From Candidatus Eiseniibacteriota bacterium (GTDB lineage Bacteria > Eisenbacteria > RBG-16-71-46): a DNA stretch of 64,000 nt. A program made the position numbers and the translations under genes. Positions 46,558 through 54,152 of this stretch are shown here, piece by piece. The first letter of the stretch is position 1, and the number at the start of each line of letters is the position of its first letter. The stretch lies in assembly GCA_963717935.1 (NCBI GenBank), contig CAVQXP010000002.1:384001-448000 (forward strand), written 5' to 3'. The notes beneath the pieces are model-generated. The model was not told the origin of the DNA. It ran no database searches and saw only the letters and a program-made list of their open reading frames with translations.

Positions 46558-46587
46558 TTGACTTGGCCTTTTGGGTCGTGGCCTTGA
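46558..46587 (+). CDS. Candidate 9-aa peptide (M)TWPFGSWP
   Basis: AAGGAGG at 46544-50, 7-nt spacer, TTG start, TGA 46585-87; 55 bp upstream of the TPR-bEBP. Confidence 0.35.
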   Translation: MTWPFGSWP

Positions 46588-46642
46588 AGGGTTCCATGGC
46601 TACTCGGCTTGTGCGCGGCACACGTTGCCCTGCAGCGAAACC

Positions 46643-49129
46643 ATGACTACTGTCCTTGCGCGCGCTGCGTCTCTGATGACGCTTCTTCAGGAGAAGACCT
46701 CGGAGGAGTCGCTCCAACCCCTTGTCGAAGCTGCCACCCGACTCTGCGACGACTTGCTTTCGGCGGGCGAGCCTCTTGTCGCCCTATCTCTGCTGATGGA
46801 ACTTGAGCCTCTCAGTGAATCCCTTTCACCTGAGACCGCAGTCAAGGCAAGGACGGCAAAGGTCGGGGTGTTGAGTTCGTTGGAGCGCTACGCGGAGGCC
46901 CTTGAATTGGCGGAAACAACCGAATCGAGCTATGCCGCGCTCTTGCACAGACTTCCCGATACGGCCTACCACCTTCAGATACTGGCAGGAACGAGCCTCT
47001 GGTTGCTGAACAGACCTGAAGAAGCGGCTCGACGATTGTCCAAATTGAGAGAACGCCTTCTCCTGCAGCCAGACTCTGATCTACTCGCCGATTGCTCTGT
47101 ACAGCTCTCCGCGGCGCACTCAATCCGTGGCGACTATGGGGCAGCGCGATACTTCGCGCTCGATGGTCTGGTTTCTGCAAGACGGTCTGGCAATAGGGCA
47201 AGCGAAGGCATGGCGTTGGCGAACTACGCCATGCTGGCACGCCTGTTCTGTAGATGGGCGGAAGCGGCCGATGCAATCGAAGAGTCGCTAAGGATCCATG
47301 AGTCCTTGGGGAACAGGAAGCAATTGAATTACTCACGCCGTGGGCTCGCGCTCCTTCATTGGAGGCGAGGGCGCCTCGAGAGCGCGAGGCAGCTGAGCGA
47401 CACATGTATCGCCAACGAAGCGGAATCAGGGAACTCCGCGACGCTATTGTTTGCAAAACTGCTGAAGGCGGCAATTCTGATTCATCAGGGAGACGTCGTT
47501 GCGGCGTCAGAGTTGTGCGAAGCAGCTACCACATGGGGCGTGCTGACAAAAGAGTCACGAGCCGCGTTGCTCGCTAAGGAGTTCCAAGGTGACGCGAAGT
47601 TGGAGCGGGGTGATGCAGCGGGCGCCATGAGCCATTATGAAGATGTCTACCCAAAGGCGTTGGCGCTATCCCCAAAAGATGACATTGTTGGCGATCTCCA
47701 TCGTCGTCTCGCGGAGTGCCACTATCTCCTTGGCCGCCACGACGAGGCGTACGCCGAGGCGAAGGCTGGGCTTGAGCACTGTCGTGCGCTTAGCGACCGC
47801 TACGAGGAAGCGGCCAGTTACCGCATCCTAGCCCTGAGCGCGGCTGCAGTGGGCAAGACGGACGAGGCGAAGAAGCGGTTTGATGAGGGCTTCGCCTATT
47901 ACGAGGAGATTGATACGCCGTACGAGTGGGGCAAGCTGTGGATGGCGTATGGGGACTGGCTGCTGGGACCACATGCGGGAGCGTACGCTGACCGCAAGGG
48001 CGCGCTGGAGGCGTACTACGCAGCGCGCGATCATTTCGAACGGATGGGTGCGGAGGCGAAGGTTCGTGAGGTGATTGCGAAGCTCGAGAAACTGGTCGAG
48101 CCGGGAGCCGGTGCCTCGTACGGCCATGGTGCCCACGTGGGCTCGGCTGGGATGCGCCACACGCCGCGCCGCCCACGTCGCTCGACGCGGCTGGAGCGGC
48201 GTTCGGTCTGGGCGTTTGAAACATTCAAGCTCGTCACGCGCAACAAGGCTGTGCTGGCCCTGCTTGGCGACGTAGGCAAGCTCGCCGTCAGCCAGACGCC
48301 GATGCTCGTCCTGGGCGAGTCGGGGACCGGGAAGGAGTTGATTGCGCGGGGCATCCACGCCCTCTCCCTGCGCAAGGGGCCGTTCATGGCGATCAACGCA
48401 GGGTCGCTCCCGCGGGAAATCATTGAGAGTGAACTGTTTGGCCACACGGCCGGCGCTTTCACGGGGGCGATGCGTGACAAGGCAGGCATGTTCGAGGTCT
48501 GCGACAAGGGCACGGTGTTCCTCGACGAGATTGCTGAGATGTCGGTTGACCTCCAGTCACGGCTGCTGCGCTTTCTTGAGACCGGCGAGTCGCGGCGCGT
48601 GGGGTCGAACGTGAACATCGCTGTGGATACGCGGATTATCACGGCTACAAATCGCGAGCGCGGTGCGCTCGAGCGGGGCGAAGGGTTCCGCCTTGACCTC
48701 TACTACCGGTTGGCCCATGCGGTAATCGCCCTGCCGCCGCTGCGCCACCGAGGGGACGATATCGAAATGCTCCTCGAGTATTTTCTCGAAGAGGCCTGTG
48801 CGGCGGCGCAACGGCAGGTCCGCCTGTCACCCGCGGCGGTCGCCCGCTTGGTTGGCTACTCATGGCCGGGCAACATCCGGCAGTTGCGGTCGGTCATCAA
48901 GCGCGTGGTTCTGCTGGGTAACGAGGGCCACGAGGTGACACCGGAGGAGCTCCAACTCGAGAACGCCGAGGTCCCGACCACGCTCATTGAGGAGTTAGAG
49001 CAGGCCGAGCGTCGCCGTGTGGGGGAGGCGCTCTCACAATCCCGCGGCTCGCGCACCGAGGCGGCCAAGGCTCTCGGGATGCCGCGCACGACGCTCATCA
49101 ACCGGATGAAGCGCTACGGGCTGACGTAG
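46643..49129 (+). CDS. TPR-repeat sigma54-dependent transcriptional activator (TPR-AAA+-HTH)
   Basis: Helical TPR-like N-terminal ~480 aa; GESGTGKE, ELFGHTAGAFTGA, FLDEI, WPGNIRQL, HTH RTEAAKALGMPRTTL. Confidence 0.9.
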   Translation: MTTVLARAASLMTLLQEKTSEESLQPLVEAATRLCDDLLSAGEPLVALSLLMELEPLSESLSPETAVKARTAKVGVLSSLERYAEALELAETTESSYAALLHRLPDTAYHLQILAGTSLWLLNRPEEAARRLSKLRERLLLQPDSDLLADCSVQLSAAHSIRGDYGAARYFALDGLVSARRSGNRASEGMALANYAMLARLFCRWAEAADAIEESLRIHESLGNRKQLNYSRRGLALLHWRRGRLESARQLSDTCIANEAESGNSATLLFAKLLKAAILIHQGDVVAASELCEAATTWGVLTKESRAALLAKEFQGDAKLERGDAAGAMSHYEDVYPKALALSPKDDIVGDLHRRLAECHYLLGRHDEAYAEAKAGLEHCRALSDRYEEAASYRILALSAAAVGKTDEAKKRFDEGFAYYEEIDTPYEWGKLWMAYGDWLLGPHAGAYADRKGALEAYYAARDHFERMGAEAKVREVIAKLEKLVEPGAGASYGHGAHVGSAGMRHTPRRPRRSTRLERRSVWAFETFKLVTRNKAVLALLGDVGKLAVSQTPMLVLGESGTGKELIARGIHALSLRKGPFMAINAGSLPREIIESELFGHTAGAFTGAMRDKAGMFEVCDKGTVFLDEIAEMSVDLQSRLLRFLETGESRRVGSNVNIAVDTRIITATNRERGALERGEGFRLDLYYRLAHAVIALPPLRHRGDDIEMLLEYFLEEACAAAQRQVRLSPAAVARLVGYSWPGNIRQLRSVIKRVVLLGNEGHEVTPEELQLENAEVPTTLIEELEQAERRRVGEALSQSRGSRTEAAKALGMPRTTLINRMKRYGLT

Positions 49130-49302
49130 CCCCCGCGGCCGCGATTCAGGGCTCAGCGCCCTTCGCCGGCCCTCGGACCCGGGGCAACTCCATTCGAGTC
49201 CGGACGGCCCGCGCGAGCATCCTAGGGAAGGCAGCCTCAGCCCCCGGCCGGCACCGCGCCCACCGCGGGTTGCGAATCCCGCCCCTCACAAGGAGTGCAG
49301 AC

Positions 49303-50388
49303 GTGCCCGCTCTCTCGCTGTTCGCGCCCACCACGCTCGGCCCCCTGGCCCTGCGCAACCGCCTGGTCATGGCCCCCATGACGCGCAGCCGCGCGCTCGA
49401 GGCCAGCACCCCCAACGCGCTCATGGCCGAGTACTACGGCCAGCGCGCGGGGGCGGGGCTCATCCTCACCGAGGGCACCTCGCCCGCGCCCAACGGCACG
49501 GGCTACCCGCGCATCCCGGGCCTCTGGTCGGCCGCGCAGGTCGAAGGCTGGAAGCCGGTCACGCAGGCCGTCCACTCCCGGGGGGGCCGCATCTTCGTGC
49601 AGCTCATGCACACCGGCCGCGTGGGTCATCCGCTCAACCTGCCGGCGGGCGCCGAGCTGGTCGCGCCCAGCGCGGTGGCGCTCGAAGGCGAGATCTACAC
49701 CGACGCCAAGGGCCTGCAGCCGCACCCCGTGCCGCGGGCGATGAACGAGGCCGACGTGCGCCAGGCCATCGCCGAGTTCGTCCTGGCTTCGCGCAATGCC
49801 ATCGCCGCCGGCTTCGACGGGGTCGAGCTGCACGGCGCCAACGGCTACCTGATCGAGCAGTTCCTCAGCCCGCAGACCAACCAGCGCAGCGACGCCTGGG
49901 GCGGCTCGGTCGAGAAGCGGCTGGGTTTCGCGCTGCAGGTGGCGCAGGCCGTGTCCGCGGCCATCGGCGGCGCGCGGGTCGGCATCCGGCTCTCGCCGTA
50001 CGGGGCGAACGCCGGCATGAAGCCCTATCCCGGGATCGAGGAGACCTACACCACGCTCGTGGCGCGCCTGGCGGCCACCGGGATCCAGTACGTCCACGTC
50101 GTGGACCACTCGGCGATGGGGGCGCCCGCGGTCCCCGAGACCCTCAAGCGCGCGCTGCGCCAGGCCTGGCCGCGCACCTTCATCCTGGCCGGCGGCTTCG
50201 ACCGGGCGAGCGCCGAGGCGGCGCTGAACGCGGGCGGCTGCGACCTGGTGGCCTTCGGCCGGCCGTTCCTCGCCAACCCCGATCTGGTCACCCGGCTCGA
50301 GCGCGGGCTGGCGCTCAACGCCCCCGACTTCGCGACCTTCTACACGCCGGGGCCCAAGGGGTACACGGACTACCCGGTAGTGGCCTGA
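49303..50388 (+). CDS. Old yellow enzyme alkene reductase (NemA-like)
   Basis: NRLVMAPMTRSRA, YYGQRA.AGLI, QLMHTGR, GFDGVELHGANGYL, FGRPFLANPDL, GYTDYP. Confidence 0.94.
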   Translation: MPALSLFAPTTLGPLALRNRLVMAPMTRSRALEASTPNALMAEYYGQRAGAGLILTEGTSPAPNGTGYPRIPGLWSAAQVEGWKPVTQAVHSRGGRIFVQLMHTGRVGHPLNLPAGAELVAPSAVALEGEIYTDAKGLQPHPVPRAMNEADVRQAIAEFVLASRNAIAAGFDGVELHGANGYLIEQFLSPQTNQRSDAWGGSVEKRLGFALQVAQAVSAAIGGARVGIRLSPYGANAGMKPYPGIEETYTTLVARLAATGIQYVHVVDHSAMGAPAVPETLKRALRQAWPRTFILAGGFDRASAEAALNAGGCDLVAFGRPFLANPDLVTRLERGLALNAPDFATFYTPGPKGYTDYPVVA

Positions 50389-50652
50389 GCCCAAGGCGGC
50401 AGGGACGGCCCTCCGGCGGTTCCGGACGGGGAGTCGCCTGCCGACCCTTCCTCACATCCATCCCCCGAGTGGCTTCACGGAATGGCACCGCCGGCGTGCC
50501 CGGGGATTCCCCCGTTGCGCACCCCCTGCTTATTGATAGACCGCCCGTAAGCCGCGGCGTATGCTCCTGACCGCCGGGAGCCCCCAGGTGTCGAACATCA
50601 AGTCGGTCCCGCGTCGATCCCGCCCGGACGGGGCCAACCCTCGGAGCCCGCC

Positions 50653-51111
50653 ATGAGAGGTGTCTTCGCCTGCATCTCACTCCTCGCCGTCGTCGCTGGC
50701 GTCGGTTGTGCCGCGCGTCAGCCCGTCGTGGTGGTACCCCCGGCGCCGGCGCCAGAGGCCGAGCTTGAACGGCGTGAGCGGATCGTGGTCGCACCCTTCT
50801 CCTTGACGGATGAGGAACTCCCGAAGTTCGGGGAGTACGTCTACGTCGAGGTGCTGCCTGAGGCCATCCGGAACGTGACCCCGCAGTATCCCGATGTCGC
50901 CCGCGAGTCGAGGGTGGAAGGCACCGTGATGGTGCAGGCGTTGGTGGGCAAGGACGGAACGGTGAAGGACACCCGCATCGTCAAGTCGATCCCGATGCTG
51001 GACGCCGCGGCAACAGCGGCCGTCAGGCAGTGGCTCTTCAAGCCAGCGCAGGTCCGCGGCGAGCCGGTGGCGGTCTGGGTTGCCGTGCCGGTGACGTTCA
51101 GGCTGCACTGA
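50653..51111 (+). CDS. Short TonB C-terminal domain protein, probable lipoprotein
   Basis: Lipobox-like AGVGC; P.YP..ARE..VEGTV.V...VGKDG.V, LDAAA..AVRQW.FKPA..GEPV. Confidence 0.85.
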   Translation: MRGVFACISLLAVVAGVGCAARQPVVVVPPAPAPEAELERRERIVVAPFSLTDEELPKFGEYVYVEVLPEAIRNVTPQYPDVARESRVEGTVMVQALVGKDGTVKDTRIVKSIPMLDAAATAAVRQWLFKPAQVRGEPVAVWVAVPVTFRLH

Positions 51112-51135
51112 CAAGGTCCACCCGCGGAGGCCGTC

Positions 51136-52830
51136 GTGCACAGGGCTGGAGCATTCTTCCTCGTCTGCGCGGGGTTGCTCGGTCTCGCGCTGCCGTTGCC
51201 GCGCGCCGCCACGGCGGCCTGGCCGACCGACCCGCTCGTGAACGTACCGCTGTGCATCGCCACCGGAGACCAGGAACGGCCCGAGATCGTATTGGACGGT
51301 GTGGGTGGGACGATCGTCACCTGGCAGGACGCCCGTGACGGTTGCTGCGACATCTACGCCCAGCGCATCTCGGGCGATGGCACGGCGCAGTGGTCGGCCA
51401 ACGGGGTGGCCCTCTGCACCGCCACCGGCGAGCAGGGCTGCCCCGTGATCGTCTCGGACGGCGCGGGCGGGGCCATCGCCACCTGGATCGACACGCGTGG
51501 AGGCAGCCCCAACGGCGACCTCTACGCGCAGCGGATCTCGTCCACTGGCACGACTCAGTGGATGGCCGACGGCGCGGTCCTCTGCACCGCCCCCGCGTAT
51601 CAGTACACTCCCAAGCTCATGTCGGACGGTGCAGGCGGGGCCATCGTCACCTGGTGGGACGAGCGCAGTGGCAACTACGACATCTACGCCCAGCGCATCT
51701 CGGGCGATGGCACGGTGCAGTGGCCGGCCGACGGGGTGGCCCTCTGCACCGCCGCCGCCAGCCAGTACTTCCCCGCGCTCACGTCGGACGGTGCAGACGG
51801 GGCCATCGTCACCTGGTCGGACTACCGCAGCGGCAACGGGGACATCTACGCCCAGCGCGTCTCGGGCGATGGCACGGTGCAGTGGTCGGCCAACGGGGTG
51901 GCCCTCTGCACCGCCACCGGCGAGCAGTACTACCCCACCCTCGTCGCGGACGGCGCGGGCGGGGCCATCGTTACCTGGGGCGACGAACGCAGCGGCAACT
52001 ACGACATCTACGCACAACGAATCTCGGGCGATGGCGATGTGCAGTGGTCGGCCAACGGCGTGGCCCTCTGCACCGCCCCTGGTGAGCAGCACTACCCCAG
52101 GATCGTCTCGGACGGCGCGGGCGGGGCCATCGTCACCTGGTCGGACTACCGCAGCGGCAATAGGGATATCTACGCCCAGCGCGTCTCGGGCGATGGCACG
52201 GTGCAGTGGTCGGCCAACGGGGTGGCCCTCTGCACTGCCATCGGCACTCAGCAGGGGCCCGCCATCGTCTCGGACGGCGCGGCCGGGGCCGTCGTCAGCT
52301 GGTGGGACTACCGCAGCGGCAACTGCGACGTCTACGCCCAGCGCGTCTCGGGCGATGGCACGGTGCAGTGGCCGACCGACGGCGCGGCCCTCTGCACCGC
52401 CACCGGCGAGCAGTACTACCCCACCCTCGTCGCGGACGGCGCGGGCGGGGCCATCGCGGTCTGGCAGGAGCCCCGCAGCGGCAACTGGGACATCTACGCG
52501 CAGAGCGTGAAGGCAAGCGGCGAACTCGGCAGTGACTTGAGCGTGCCGGCCGAGGCCGTGCTCTCGTTCGCGCTCGAACCGGTGTGTCCGAATCCCTCGC
52601 GGGGTGGCGCGCTGACGGTGCACTTCACGCTGCCGAGCGGGTCGGTGGCTTGGCTCGAGTTGCTCGATGTGGCCGGGCGCCGCATCGCCATGCGTGAGGT
52701 GGGCTCGCTGGGCGCGGGACGCCACACGCTCGATCTTGGCGAGGGCCGTCGGCTTGCCCCGGGGCTCTATCTGGTGTGGCTCACGCAGGGCACGAGCACG
52801 CGCACGACGAGGGCGGTGGTGCTGAGGTAG
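51136..52830 (+). CDS. Secreted repeat (probable beta-propeller) protein with T9SS-CTD/FlgD-like C-terminal domain
   Basis: Signal peptide; eight ~54-aa repeats (DIYAQR..W..NGVALCTA..Q..P..SDGAGGAIVTW.D.R); C-term PNP..DVAGRR..PGLY.V. Confidence 0.85.
   Translation: MHRAGAFFLVCAGLLGLALPLPRAATAAWPTDPLVNVPLCIATGDQERPEIVLDGVGGTIVTWQDARDGCCDIYAQRISGDGTAQWSANGVALCTATGEQGCPVIVSDGAGGAIATWIDTRGGSPNGDLYAQRISSTGTTQWMADGAVLCTAPAYQYTPKLMSDGAGGAIVTWWDERSGNYDIYAQRISGDGTVQWPADGVALCTAAASQYFPALTSDGADGAIVTWSDYRSGNGDIYAQRVSGDGTVQWSANGVALCTATGEQYYPTLVADGAGGAIVTWGDERSGNYDIYAQRISGDGDVQWSANGVALCTAPGEQHYPRIVSDGAGGAIVTWSDYRSGNRDIYAQRVSGDGTVQWSANGVALCTAIGTQQGPAIVSDGAAGAVVSWWDYRSGNCDVYAQRVSGDGTVQWPTDGAALCTATGEQYYPTLVADGAGGAIAVWQEPRSGNWDIYAQSVKASGELGSDLSVPAEAVLSFALEPVCPNPSRGGALTVHFTLPSGSVAWLELLDVAGRRIAMREVGSLGAGRHTLDLGEGRRLAPGLYLVWLTQGTSTRTTRAVVLR
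51230..52510 (+). repeat. Intragenic tandem repeat, ~162-bp unit x8
   Basis: Recurrent gacatctacgcccagcgc..tcgggcgatggcacggtgcagtgg..gccctctgcacc units. Confidence 0.85.
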
Positions 52831-52939
52831 CGCGAGCGAGGAAGATCAGGAATCCGCGGCCGAGTTCCGCCGCGAACGGCAGACGATTGCGGACACCGGG
52901 TGTCAGGGGCCAGAGCGCCGGGATGAAAGGAGTGATGGC

Positions 52940-53866
52940 ATGCGGTGGATGTTGCTTTGGACTGGATTGACCCTGGTGGGCTCTGGCTGGCTGTGTTCCG
53001 TGCCACCGGTCGAGGCCGACGAAGCTACTCCGGTCGAGTGCATTCGCGTGTGGTGGTCGTGCGGTCCGGCCAGTCTGGCGTTCGCGGCTGATGGTTCGGT
53101 GGTTGTGGCGAATGCCATGTGCGGCCAGGTGACCCACTACGACTCGACGGGTGCGGAGCTGAATCACTGGACCAGCCCGACCGGGGACAGCGGGTTGCCG
53201 TACTTCCCGAGCGGGATCGACCTTGATGGGGCCGGGAACGTCTTCGTTGCGAATCTGTATGAGAAGCGGGTCGAGAAGTTCACTGCAGGCGGAACGCTCG
53301 TGGTGGCATATGGGGTGGGGACTCTCATCCATCCCACAGGGATTGCCGTTGATCGGGGGACGGGCCACCTCCTTGTGTGCGATGGGGGTGGGGGCGTGAT
53401 CCGTGAGTACGACGCGACGGGGACACTGCTGAGGAACGTCGTGGCGGGCTACGAGGTGACCGACGTCGCACTGGCCCCCGGTGGGAATCTCTACGTCTGT
53501 TTCTACAACGGAGTGGTATGGGCGTTGGATGCCGGCGGGAGTCTGCTCGCCTCGTGGACGGTCCCTGATCAAGGGCCGGAAACGACGTTCAGAGGGATTG
53601 CCGTGAGCCCCGACGGAAACGTCCATGTGGCCTACAGGAGCAGTGGGAGAGTCCTCACGCTCTCGTCGAGTCTCCAGTATCTCGGGGACTGGCCGATCAC
53701 CTGTTTCGAACCAAGTCCCGCGTTCTCCGGACTTGACTTCGATGGCCGGGGTCAGGCTGTGCTCAGCCAGGATTACGGTCTGGGTCAGATTGGACTCTTT
53801 AGCCTCGAGACCTCTGTTCCCGTCGCGTCGACGACTTGGGGAAAGCTCAAATCGCTCTATCGCTGA
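52940..53866 (+). CDS. Secreted NHL-repeat beta-propeller protein with C-terminal TWGKLKSLYR tail
   Basis: Signal peptide; PSGIDLDGAGNVFVA, HPTGIAVD, GIAVSPDGNVHVA; ends VPVASTTWGKLKSLYR; more A/T-ending codons than neighbours. Confidence 0.8.
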   Translation: MRWMLLWTGLTLVGSGWLCSVPPVEADEATPVECIRVWWSCGPASLAFAADGSVVVANAMCGQVTHYDSTGAELNHWTSPTGDSGLPYFPSGIDLDGAGNVFVANLYEKRVEKFTAGGTLVVAYGVGTLIHPTGIAVDRGTGHLLVCDGGGGVIREYDATGTLLRNVVAGYEVTDVALAPGGNLYVCFYNGVVWALDAGGSLLASWTVPDQGPETTFRGIAVSPDGNVHVAYRSSGRVLTLSSSLQYLGDWPITCFEPSPAFSGLDFDGRGQAVLSQDYGLGQIGLFSLETSVPVASTTWGKLKSLYR

Positions 53867-54096
53867 CGTGCAGAGACGAACAACGCGGGTCGGTCCTCGC
53901 AGATCGGCCCGTACCGGTGGCCGGCGGGCGCGGAGTGACGATGCCAGGGTCCGGCTAGAGTCTGGCGCGCCCTTCGGGTCGCCCCGGGAGGCGTGGGGCG
54001 GCCAGTGCCGGGGACTCCCGGGCCGCTCCCTCTCGCGTCGGAGGCGGGCCGGAGCGGATTGTTGTGGCAAAGGGGTCGGGTCGGGCTGTAAGCTTT

Positions 54097-54119
54097 TGTC
54101 AGCTTTGTGGTTGCTGACA
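54097..54119. promoter_or_regulatory. Inverted repeat, candidate operator upstream of the FG-GAP operon
   Basis: TGTCAGC-N9-GCTGACA immediately after a -10-like TAAGCT (54089-94). Confidence 0.35.
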
Positions 54120-54152
54120 GCCCTGCGCGCGTTTCCTCCCTCGGAGGTCGCC

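Noticed and set aside
46596..46646. 16-aa uORF MATRLVRGTRCPAAKP overlapping the TPR-bEBP start (ATGA)
   Set aside because: Weak SD, and ATGA overlaps arise automatically when ATG is followed by A; possible translational coupler but unsupported
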